From Candidatus Heimdallarchaeota archaeon (GTDB lineage: Archaea > Asgardarchaeota > Heimdallarchaeia > Heimdallarchaeales > Heimdallarchaeaceae): a stretch of 34,517 nt of DNA. The stretch covers positions 1-34,517 of the forward strand of contig JAAFKI010000003.1 in the NCBI GenBank assembly GCA_021399345.1, written 5' to 3'. Of this stretch, positions 18,880 through 27,550 are shown one piece after another. The translations under genes and the position numbers were made by a program. A model generated the notes under the pieces. That model was not told where the DNA came from and searched no databases. It saw nothing but the letters and a program-made list of their open reading frames with translations. Position 1 is the first letter of the stretch; each line of letters begins with the position of its first letter.

Positions 18880-19677
18880 TTAGTCTGTATCAGGGACATA
18901 TTTTGTATCAGATTTAGCAAGATTTACCATATCTTTGTAAGCAATTTTGACCATATCATCTTCACCTATGAATAGAAAATGTAATGACCCTTCAGCTGTG
19001 CCAACACCACTTGATCCGATGTGAAAAACATTAACTTCTGGGTAAAGAATATCAAAAGCTTCCAATTCTGTAAAAACTTCTCCAGGAATAGGCATAAGAC
19101 CTATGGGTAAACCCATTGCATACTCTTTATCTATTGTTTGATTTCCAAGTATTTGTGATAGTTCCCAAACACTATCGTCTACACATCTTGAAAGACTGAT
19201 AGGTACAATGATTTCTATTCCTCTCGCTATTGCAATTGGTAGTATTCCTCCAATTGTTCCTCCAGCAGGATGAGCCATGTAGACACCAGCTATTCCATCA
19301 CTTCCTAGAGTATTTCCACCTTTGAAAATTATGTCACCAGCTTCGAATTCTAAAAGAGCTTCTTGAAAATTATCTACTTCCTTTTTCATACCCTTATCGA
19401 TGACCACTTCTTTCAATCTTTTGTCAATTTTAAGACTTCCAAAGCGGTACAGATCCTCTTTATCCCCTGTCATTTGTCCTGCAACATAATGAGGTTTGTT
19501 TATAGGTTCTCCTAATAGTTCTTCCAAAACATAAGCTGTTGTTGAACCTCTGGAGACAAAAATACGATGTTTTTCCAATGCTTCTTTAACTTCAGGAAGT
19601 TGAGCAACTCCCTTGGCTATTAATCTTTTACATTCAGAATGAGTAAGAACAATAATTGCACGCATGAGATTATTCAA
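18880..19677 (-). CDS. Conserved-looking hypothetical protein, possibly NagB/RpiA/CoA-transferase-like fold
   Basis: Motifs SECKRLIAKGV, SRGSTTAYV, DIIFKGGN, GGTIGG, GSSGVGTAEGS. The fold is inferred from GSTT/KGGN spacing only. Confidence 0.7.
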   Translation of the reverse strand: MNNLMRAIIVLTHSECKRLIAKGVAQLPEVKEALEKHRIFVSRGSTTAYVLEELLGEPINKPHYVAGQMTGDKEDLYRFGSLKIDKRLKEVVIDKGMKKEVDNFQEALLEFEAGDIIFKGGNTLGSDGIAGVYMAHPAGGTIGGILPIAIARGIEIIVPISLSRCVDDSVWELSQILGNQTIDKEYAMGLPIGLMPIPGEVFTELEAFDILYPEVNVFHIGSSGVGTAEGSLHFLFIGEDDMVKIAYKDMVNLAKSDTKYVPDTD

Positions 19678-19720
19678 TTAAAATAGAATAAAAGTGTTTT
19701 CCAAAAGAAAAAGGATGAGA

Positions 19721-20085
19721 TTACTCCTCCTCAAAATAATCCTTATAATTCGAAATAGCGAATGGACGAATTGATTCTAAATCCTTAGATAGAACATATA
19801 GTATAGTAAAGACCATTTTCTCTTTTGGTTTTAGTTTATTACGTTTTGATGATACTCCAATTGACGCGAAAGTTAAGCTAGGTGTGTAAGGACCAATTTG
19901 GACATGATTAGTGTCATAATAAGCTATTGATCCTATATGTATTCATTCAATGGATTCTTGTAAGCTGCCCATGAATCAGAATCTTTGAAAGAATTGAAAC
20001 ATCTAGCTACTGCTATGTAATCTTCCTTTTTTGGTTCCATATTCCTGACAAGTTTTGTTTTATCATCTTGGGGGAATTCTATCAT
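19721..20085 (-). pseudogene. Frameshifted and probably internally deleted gene remnant (N-terminus reminiscent of large GNAT acetyltransferases)
   Basis: ATG 20085 gives MIEFPQDDKTKLVRNMEPKKEDYIAVARCFNSFKDSDSWAAYKNPLNEYI*. Removing one TA of ATATA at about 19934 joins it to a ~70-codon open frame GSIAYYDTNHV...KDYFEEE* ending at 19721, which is followed by a pyrimidine tract. Confidence 0.55.
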
Positions 20086-20338
20086 AATACATTTTTCGAA
20101 AAAGCTGTTATGAATATTGTTATTTTCGTTTTTTTGTTAATCAAGGGAAGGAAAAAAAAAGATTATCGGGTATCAGCATGCTAGCTTTAGTCTTGGTTGT
20201 AGGGATAAAAAAGAGATAAAGTAATCACTTCCATATCTTTTCTTTTTTTAATTTTTTGATCAATATCTGATGAACATACGAACACTTTTATTTCAAACTG
20301 AAGTATATCTAATCTTGATTAGAAAGAAAGGTGTTCAA

Positions 20339-20791
20339 ATGAATGCTAAATCATCCATTACAAGGGAACAACCAGATATTCCTTCAAAACCACCCCTTTT
20401 ACGTTTTACAATTGTTGACTTAAGTGGTTTAGCTGTCTTTCATCGTTCATATATCAGTGAAGTAATGGATGAATTGTTATTCAGCGGTTTTAGTGCAGCT
20501 ATGATAGCTTTTTCTAGGGAACTAGGTTCTGAGCTTTACGGTATCCAGATGGAAGGTGTTAATTATTATTTCAGAACCAAAGAGGATTTTATTCTTGTTG
20601 TAGGAATGTACCCTAGAGTACGATCTTCAAGCGCGAAGAGATTTCTGAGACTAGTCTTTGAATCCATTAAGTGGGGAGAACTAGAAGGCTATTTGAATAA
20701 GGCGATATATTTTCAAACTGAAGAGTTCATTGAAAAGCTGGAACAAATAATACTTGAATTTCAGATAAAATTCAAACATTTAATTAGTTAA
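20339..20791 (+). CDS. Stand-alone longin-like domain protein (Asgard eukaryotic-signature type)
   Basis: Pattern FTIVDLSGLAVFHRSY...DELLFSGFSAAMIAFSRELGSELYGIQMEGVNYYF...FILVVG (beta-beta-alpha-beta-beta-beta-alpha-alpha). Start moved to ATG 20339 after AGGTG. Confidence 0.75.
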   Translation: MNAKSSITREQPDIPSKPPLLRFTIVDLSGLAVFHRSYISEVMDELLFSGFSAAMIAFSRELGSELYGIQMEGVNYYFRTKEDFILVVGMYPRVRSSSAKRFLRLVFESIKWGELEGYLNKAIYFQTEEFIEKLEQIILEFQIKFKHLIS

Positions 20792-20798
20792 TGTAGAC

Positions 20799-21647
20799 CT
20801 AAAGATAGGCTAATTCTAAGGCAGTAATGTATTCTTGCGGAAGGATTCTTTCCTCTGCTAATTTCCAAAATCCTGGATCTCTCAATTCCATAGATGGGGG
20901 AGATATATATCTTTTAAGCAGAAAATAGATAACATCTTTTAAAGAAAGGAAAGCTAAAGACCAATTCTTTTCTTGAATTGCTTTTCTAGCATCTGTAACT
21001 TCCGTCCACTCTCTCTCAGATTTAATGTGACTATAAAGCGAGATTACTTTTTTGTATAAACCAAATACTTTCTCTTCTCCAACCTCTACATACATTTCAG
21101 CATAATCTTTTAGTCTGTGTGTAACAGCTTGACCATTATCGAATCTATTTTCATAAAGAGTTAGAAGCTTCAGATTCTCCTCATAAGCTTTCTTAGCCCA
21201 TTCTGAATTTGGAGGTTTTCCCATCATTTTTATGAAAATACGATGCTCAGATTGCCATTTCCAATCTTTACATATATGAAGGTGATGTTGGATAAAATCT
21301 TCTTTTTCATACCAAATTTTACAGTTTCTAAAGAATGAAAGATATAATGAAACTTGATAGATATCTCCAAGATTTTCTACTTGTTTACTGACTGTACTCT
21401 TCATATAATTCTCATCGTGGAACCAGACATCTAGAATTTGATCATTATATGGTATTTTCTGGTTTTGTATGAAGGGAGTTTGATCTTTTTTAATGACAAC
21501 TAGATCAATATCACTTAGCTCTTTAGCTCTGTTCTCGGCCCATGAACCAACCAATAAGACAACTTTTACTGATTCGTCCACGTTATTCTCTAGAAACCAG
21601 TCTTTAATTTCTTCTAAAAACTCAGAATTCATTGAAATTTCTGCCAT
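20799..21647 (-). CDS. Pol-beta superfamily nucleotidyltransferase domain protein with helical C-terminal region
   Basis: LLVGSWA...SDIDLVVI...LDVWF, i.e. hGS-x(9)-DxD plus the third acidic residue. Confidence 0.85.
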   Translation of the reverse strand: MAEISMNSEFLEEIKDWFLENNVDESVKVVLLVGSWAENRAKELSDIDLVVIKKDQTPFIQNQKIPYNDQILDVWFHDENYMKSTVSKQVENLGDIYQVSLYLSFFRNCKIWYEKEDFIQHHLHICKDWKWQSEHRIFIKMMGKPPNSEWAKKAYEENLKLLTLYENRFDNGQAVTHRLKDYAEMYVEVGEEKVFGLYKKVISLYSHIKSEREWTEVTDARKAIQEKNWSLAFLSLKDVIYFLLKRYISPPSMELRDPGFWKLAEERILPQEYITALELAYL

Positions 21648-21689
21648 CTAAATGGATTCAGATTTCTAGAATATTAGTTTATCTGAAAA

Positions 21690-22676
21690 TTATCTTCGGT
21701 AGGGAGATTTTTTCTTTATAATGAATCTAATTAGAGGTCTCAAAAGTATTAGTATGTACTTCAGAATACCGAATCTTCTGCTAAACTCCTCTAAGAACTC
21801 TTCATAAGTATGTTTCTGATAATTCAGTATTTTCTGGGATTCTGTTGTATCCATCCAGCAAGTATAATACCAATCTTCATCAGAAATGGCTGTTTTGAAG
21901 ATATTTTCAGGAAGTTTCCCTAAACCTAATATCTTGAAATATTTGCTGAGAAATTCTTTATTCCTAAACTGATTGGCCTTTCCACCACCAATTATGAAAT
22001 ATCTGTTTACTAGTGTAATATCAACAGATCGAGCTATCGCTAACCCAGCATCATAAGTATGTAAAAATTCTATCTTTTGTTCAAGAGGTATTGAATATAA
22101 AGGCTCAAGCTTAATATTGCTTTTTAAATCGAGAGCTGGAACAGCTGTAAGTCTCAATATTATCCAAGGCAAACTACTAGCTTCTATAACCTTCTCAACT
22201 TCAACCTTTGTTTTGGAATAAACATCTGTTGGATTTACTGGAGTTTCTAGTGTTATTAGGGGTGAATCAGGATGTTTGGGACCATATACTGTAACTGAAC
22301 TTGCGTAGATGATTCTAGGAGATAGCTTTTGTTTTTTTACCTCTTCAATTATGTTTCTGGTTCCTTGGACATTAACCTTGAATGCATAATCTGGTAGTCT
22401 TTCTGATAATGGTGGAGTAATCGCGACGAGATGTATGATACAATCTTGATTTTTAACGGCTAAAGCTATATCAGCTGTATCAGATATATTTCCCCAAATA
22501 ACAGAAAGTTTATGTTTTTTCGAAAGTTTTCGAAAAATGTTCTTATTTCTTCTATTTGGTAAATCAAAACATGTAATTTGATGGTTTAGTCTAACTAATG
22601 CTTTAATTGTGCTCAATCCAAGATTTCCAAAAGCTCCAGTTATTAAGATATTCACAAATAAAAATCGTTTAATCAC
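21690..22676 (-). CDS. Extended SDR, NAD-dependent epimerase/dehydratase family (likely start GTG of VNILITG)
   Basis: ITGAFGNLG, IIHLVA, VNVQGT, YASSVTVYG, catalytic YSKTK. Confidence 0.9.
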   Translation of the reverse strand: MIKRFLFVNILITGAFGNLGLSTIKALVRLNHQITCFDLPNRRNKNIFRKLSKKHKLSVIWGNISDTADIALAVKNQDCIIHLVAITPPLSERLPDYAFKVNVQGTRNIIEEVKKQKLSPRIIYASSVTVYGPKHPDSPLITLETPVNPTDVYSKTKVEVEKVIEASSLPWIILRLTAVPALDLKSNIKLEPLYSIPLEQKIEFLHTYDAGLAIARSVDITLVNRYFIIGGGKANQFRNKEFLSKYFKILGLGKLPENIFKTAISDEDWYYTCWMDTTESQKILNYQKHTYEEFLEEFSRRFGILKYILILLRPLIRFIIKKKSPYRR

Positions 22677-22872
22677 TTAACAGTTTTGTGAAATAACACT
22701 TTGAATATACGTTAGTCTTGCCACTTTTATTTCATTGAGAAATAAATGAGTTCTTTCAACATTTTTTTTTGGTTACCTCAAGAGTAATTTTAAAAACCAG
22801 CGAAAATTCTATATTTAATATAGTTTCTAATGGTTTGCTAGAAACTAATTGCCAAACAGCTGTTGGGAGAAT

Positions 22873-24672
22873 ATGCCTGGAACAGAATATACCAAAGAAG
22901 TTCTCGAATTAATGGATGATATTGGTAGTATTGTCGATAATGTAAATTGGAGTACCTATTCGGAGACTAGGGTAAAGATTCTTGTTTCACAGCGAGTCGA
23001 TGAATTAAAACATATTCTTGGTGAGATTCCTGACGATATTCTCATGAATTCTGATGAAGCTTCATTATTCTTTGAGAAAATTTTAGAAAAAATTACTTTA
23101 ATCTTAACCAATCTTCCACAAGACAAGTTACCTATACAATGGTACGAATTGGAATTATTCAGATTAAGGTATGCCTCCATGTATGCTTTACAATACGGTC
23201 ATGCAGGGGAATTACAAATTGCAGGTTCAGCACATGCTCTAGCAAATATGTTAATTGGGATAACAACATTAGATGTTAAGAATCTAGTTGTTGACTGGGA
23301 TCATCATGAATTTCACAGAAGAAGAAAACTTGTTTTAAATTACCTGAGTTCAGCATATCTTTTCTTCTTTAGTTTATGTGACTCCCTAACTCAGATCTAC
23401 AAACATGATCTAGAACATTGGATGACTGAGGGGTTAAAAGCAAGCACTCAATATATCCACTACATGGATGTCTTCTGGAACATTCGAAAAAATATCGAAC
23501 TTGCAAAGAAAATCCCAAAAGAACGGAATTATTCTATGTACTATGCAACCTTCGCAGCAATTGATTACATCATTACTTTTCTACTTGAACTTCAACGGTA
23601 TTTATTCAATAAGGACATAAAGATAGAAACAAATAGAGAGATTCTGGACTTTTCTGATCCTGAAAAATTATTAGATTCATTGGAAAATCTTCTTAATAAA
23701 AGCGATATGTATATCGCTGATTTAAAAGCCCATATCGATAAGGGATTCTTCAACATAAATGAAAATCCTTTAACAGATAATGATGTAAGTGAAACAATCT
23801 ACGAACTCGAAGTTACTAAAGTTTTCATAAAGGGCTTAAGATCTTCGTACAAAATAATAATTAAAGAAAACACAGCAGAGATTCAGAAAATTGTAAAAGA
23901 TGTTATGCCTGAATTGTGGAAATATTTAGATAAATATAAACATCTAATGGAAGATGAGGATTTCATTAAAAGTCAAATGGCTGATGGAATAGCAGGAATG
24001 CTTGAAGAGATTATCTACTTTGGAGGGCTTGTTGCGGATTATACAGATGATTTTTCAAATATAAATAGAATGGAACGAGAATATGCTTACTTCTTCTCTA
24101 AAGAAGGCATGAAGAGGTATCCTAAACTTAATGGATTATATGTTACTTTCTTGACAACACTGGCTTCTAGAAAAGAAGAATTTTCAAAACTTGAAGAGTA
24201 TGCATACAAGCTTCTAAGCATCTCTAAAGGCTCCCTCTATGAACCACGGAATTCTTTTGCTTTTTCCTTAACAGGTAATCTAATTTTAGTAATTAGGAAA
24301 GAAATAACTAACGAAGAATTTGCTAGGAGAATGAAAGAAATTCATGAAAGTTATTATTTATCACTTACACCAAAACTAAATTCTGAGATAGAAATATATC
24401 TTACAAATATCTATTTAGCTCTTAACAATGAAGAAGCTTCATATGATATGAGACGATTATTATTACCAGAATACTTTGATCCTTATTCTATTTTCATTCC
24501 AGAATTTGGAAAATTTGCTGAAATGAATTCTGTTGGTGACATAATCTACCTTCCTTTCAATTTGCAAAGTGATTATGTTGCAGATGCAGATATTGAGGTT
24601 ATTGAACCAGCCATTCAAAAAACAGACGAAGCTGAAGCAACCACAGATTTAACTGAAACGTCAACAGATTAG
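22873..24672 (+). CDS. Large soluble, all-helical-looking hypothetical protein with an acidic tail
   Basis: About 600 codons with normal codon style. ATG 22873 follows GGGAGA. No motif recognised. Confidence 0.75.
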   Translation: MPGTEYTKEVLELMDDIGSIVDNVNWSTYSETRVKILVSQRVDELKHILGEIPDDILMNSDEASLFFEKILEKITLILTNLPQDKLPIQWYELELFRLRYASMYALQYGHAGELQIAGSAHALANMLIGITTLDVKNLVVDWDHHEFHRRRKLVLNYLSSAYLFFFSLCDSLTQIYKHDLEHWMTEGLKASTQYIHYMDVFWNIRKNIELAKKIPKERNYSMYYATFAAIDYIITFLLELQRYLFNKDIKIETNREILDFSDPEKLLDSLENLLNKSDMYIADLKAHIDKGFFNINENPLTDNDVSETIYELEVTKVFIKGLRSSYKIIIKENTAEIQKIVKDVMPELWKYLDKYKHLMEDEDFIKSQMADGIAGMLEEIIYFGGLVADYTDDFSNINRMEREYAYFFSKEGMKRYPKLNGLYVTFLTTLASRKEEFSKLEEYAYKLLSISKGSLYEPRNSFAFSLTGNLILVIRKEITNEEFARRMKEIHESYYLSLTPKLNSEIEIYLTNIYLALNNEEASYDMRRLLLPEYFDPYSIFIPEFGKFAEMNSVGDIIYLPFNLQSDYVADADIEVIEPAIQKTDEAEATTDLTETSTD

Positions 24673-24696
24673 TCAATGAATCTGACTTTACAGCTG

Positions 24697-25140
24697 CTAT
24701 TTTCTTTTTCTTAATAAGAGATAAGTAATAACTGTTAATATTATTTGAAAACCTCCTACAATAGCTGCTAGAATAATTATCTCACCTATATCCATTGTTT
24801 GAAAGATTCCAGTTTGTGTTGTTTCAGTTATAGAACCAGAGAGTTTTCTATAAAACACATCATATTCAGTACAAGATCCTAGGAAGTCCATAGCATCTTG
24901 CCAAATAATGTGTACTGTGCCAGTTGTATCTGTTCTCACAACTGAGTAGTATGAATTATCATCATTTTCTGTTGAGACAACTAATTCTTGGGACCAGGTT
25001 CTAGAAGTACCATCCAGTATTCTATACATCACATCATAATCGCTGCCTGAACCTCCGTGAGGAGTTGAATCGTGCCAAACAACGTGAACATCACAAAATT
25101 GATCTACACTAACTGCAGGTTGAGAGCTTGATAGAACACG
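24697..25140 (-). pseudogene. 5'-truncated beta-propeller surface-protein paralog (last two blades plus TM anchor)
   Basis: Two blades of the same repeat as 30619..32385 and a matching anchor. No signal peptide. Two consensus Gly positions read Cys (TGT, one change from GGT). Confidence 0.7.
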
Positions 25141-25184
25141 TCTAAAAATCTTCCTTACAGGGAACCGTTGTTCTAATTTTTTTG

Positions 25185-27074
25185 TCAAGTAAATATTTCA
25201 TCGGCCCAATTTTCAAGTCGTTTGGATTTTTTATCATCTAATGATCTTCCAGTCTTAATCATTTGGGGGAAATCTAACCAGATTGGTGAAGAAATCAGTC
25301 TGCTTCTAAAAGATTCCATTTTCTTACTAGCAGAATAGGAAGATCCTTTGAAGGCATAGCATATAATCACGTTATCAACTTGACTGAAAATGAGCAGATA
25401 ATTCTGATGTTCTATCCTCCTGAGGGATCCTTCAGTTGAGAACACTTCTTGGATAATATTATTAATTGCAGTTAAAAATCCTGAGAAAATAACTTGATTG
25501 ACTTGATCTTCATCACCAAATTGGTATGAGAAAAAGGGAATACCATTATCATCAAGAATCATCAACATAACAGGAGCGTCATTTTCTATTTCTTCTAAAT
25601 CAAAGGTAGCTCTATTTATCATATTTAGAACCAACTTATCAACTTGTGAAGCCTTAATTCTGTCTGCAAGACTTGCATTTTCTTCTATGATGTTTTTCCA
25701 GCTAGCATATTCTGTTATTATTGCGTCATGATCACTTGAAATCTTTCTTGCTAAATTCTCTAAATTCTGTCCTTCAGCAATGATTTGTGCTTGAGAAAGG
25801 AATCCTGTTGATTTGTCTATATCTGCGTCCACTAATGCAAGTCTCCCTTTTAACCAATATACTTCAGCTAGAAGAGATCTTGAAATTTGTTCTTTGGCTA
25901 TATTGAGTAATTTATTAGATATTTCTTCTAAATCTTCTAGAATTTCAGGGTTGTTAGTAAACCTTAACTCATGAAGCAATATTTCACATAGATTCAACAT
26001 TGCATGGATATTGATTTCTTGATAGACTAAATTCTTGCTTATTATATATTCCAGAATTTCTTGAGCTTTACCTAAACTGGCAAATCTATTTGCTTTTTTA
26101 TGATACACAGCTTCAGATAATTGAGAATAGTAGTATATCATGGTGTCATGTTGATCAATCGATGCGTTTCTAGATATATCAAGATGCTCTTTAGCTTCAA
26201 AGAAATCATCTCTAGTTAATAGAATATTTATCAGATAAAAGAGAGATTCAACAACTGTAAATTTGAAATCAATTTCAAGAGCTCGTTCTAGACTCTTTGT
26301 AAAATACTCAAAGGAATTATCATAATCTCCTTGACTATAATAGACTATTCCAACATTATTGTAAGTAATAGCCATACCATAATTATTACCTATTTTTTGA
26401 TGGAGAATTAGAGCAGTATTGAAGAATTGTAAGGCTTGAGCAAAATCACCTTTTAGCCTGTGAATCTCTCCTAAAGCAACTAATGAATTTGCCATTATGC
26501 TGTGATCATTGAGTTTTTTGCCAATTTCTAAACTCTTGTCAAGAATCTCATGAGATTCATCCAATTTCCCCTGATAGGTAAGTATTTTTCCCTTACGAAA
26601 GAGGCTTCGTGCATAAAGAACTTCATTCTCAACCTCTTCAGAAAGATTTAAGCTTTTGTTGACATGTTCAACTGATCTCTTTAAATCAGTAAAACAATAA
26701 ATACAACTTTTATGAAATTGAATTTGTGTTTCAATTTCCATCATAACAGTTGTTTCTTCGCCGATAATCGCGTTTTTTGCGTAGTTTTCTACTCTTTCAA
26801 TCATTAGAAGACTTTCTTCAAATTTACCTAGCCTCCAGAGAGATTCAATAATTACAAAGTAGAGATCATATTTCTGAGTGAAGGAGATTAGCTTTCCTCC
26901 AAATAGATTTAGTGTGTGCTGAGCGTGGGAAATACTATCATCGAAAAAACCCAAATGGGTAAGTATGAATGATTTTCGAAACATAAGTTCTGCAAAATCG
27001 CTCTCTGAGATATTGGGAGTCTCCTCTAATTGAGTAATTTTCTCCAAAGCTTCCTTATAACTGTAAGAATTCAT
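25185..27074 (-). CDS. Tetratricopeptide repeat protein with a C-terminal longin-like domain
   Basis: TPR units such as ANSLVALGEIHRLKGDFAQALQFFNTAL and AITYNNVGIVYYSQGDYDNSFEYFTKSL. C-terminal MILDDNGIPFFSYQF...IFSGFLTAINNIIQEVF. Confidence 0.88.
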   Translation of the reverse strand: MNSYSYKEALEKITQLEETPNISESDFAELMFRKSFILTHLGFFDDSISHAQHTLNLFGGKLISFTQKYDLYFVIIESLWRLGKFEESLLMIERVENYAKNAIIGEETTVMMEIETQIQFHKSCIYCFTDLKRSVEHVNKSLNLSEEVENEVLYARSLFRKGKILTYQGKLDESHEILDKSLEIGKKLNDHSIMANSLVALGEIHRLKGDFAQALQFFNTALILHQKIGNNYGMAITYNNVGIVYYSQGDYDNSFEYFTKSLERALEIDFKFTVVESLFYLINILLTRDDFFEAKEHLDISRNASIDQHDTMIYYYSQLSEAVYHKKANRFASLGKAQEILEYIISKNLVYQEINIHAMLNLCEILLHELRFTNNPEILEDLEEISNKLLNIAKEQISRSLLAEVYWLKGRLALVDADIDKSTGFLSQAQIIAEGQNLENLARKISSDHDAIITEYASWKNIIEENASLADRIKASQVDKLVLNMINRATFDLEEIENDAPVMLMILDDNGIPFFSYQFGDEDQVNQVIFSGFLTAINNIIQEVFSTEGSLRRIEHQNYLLIFSQVDNVIICYAFKGSSYSASKKMESFRSRLISSPIWLDFPQMIKTGRSLDDKKSKRLENWADEIFT

Positions 27075-27192
27075 TAAGGAATCTATCTTTTCGAGCTGAG
27101 TATTGTTTTCTGTAAACTATTCCACTCTCACATTTGCAGGTACATAGAGTAAAAATAGGTAGATTATATATCTTTCAATTAAGGCTACAATA

Positions 27193-27359
27193 CCATTCAA
27201 CAGCAGCAACAATAGTATTGAAGGCATCATCAGTAATGACCATGTCAGCAACCTCTTTGGTAACGTTAGTGCCTGTAATGCCCATTGTGCGACACCTATA
27301 TCACTTTTTTTAATCGCAGGTGCATCATTAACGCCATCACCGTTTATTGAAACAGATAT
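27193..27359 (-). pseudogene. Internal fragment of a type II (Ca2+/cation) P-type ATPase, frameshifted
   Basis: Translates as [24 protein letters not shown] / [31 protein letters not shown], the P-type hinge motif, with an extra CA between A and M (GCA-CA-ATG). Confidence 0.9.
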
Positions 27360-27360
27360 C

Positions 27361-27450
27361 TATACATATCGATTGTTTCAAATTGTTATAGTTGTTCAAT
27401 GATATGTATGGTTATTCTACGATATGTATGGTTATTCTACGATATGTATA
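27361..27450. repeat. 20-bp tandem repeat (about 2.5 copies) plus an inverted copy of its core
   Basis: GATATGTATGGTTATTCTAC at 27401 and 27421, GATATGTATA at 27441. TATACATATCG (27361-27371) is the reverse complement of CGATATGTATA (27440-27450). Confidence 0.9.
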
Positions 27451-27550
27451 AGCGACAGAAAGATATTTTAAACTAAAGGAGAACTAACTAAAACATTAAG
27501 TTAGGAATAACCATTATTCTTTTAAATCTTAAATTTCGACCAGATTCAGC

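Noticed and set aside
20090-20269. Purine and pyrimidine tracts as a possible ncRNA
   Set aside because: No convincing stem structure or recognisable RNA motif. Consistent with promoter or terminator low-complexity DNA.
8256-21647. A bona fide antibiotic-resistance island or prophage/mobile element
   Set aside because: No integrase, transposase, att repeats or obvious compositional break. The APH, NTase and ABC families are broad, and substrates cannot be assigned from motifs.
20799-21647. MNT-HEPN toxin-antitoxin or CBASS-type defence system
   Set aside because: No RxxxxH RNase motif, no separate HEPN partner, and no adjacent effector genes.
25141-25188. N-terminus MTKKLEQRFPVRKIFRR of the 163-aa ORF as a genuine coupled start
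   Set aside because: Despite the TTGA overlap with the TPR stop, it lacks the signal peptide needed for an extracellular propeller, and two blades cannot close the fold. Treated as a truncated remnant.
27401-27450. Tandem repeat as a mini-CRISPR
   Set aside because: The units are contiguous with no unique spacers, only 20 bp long, and there are no cas genes.
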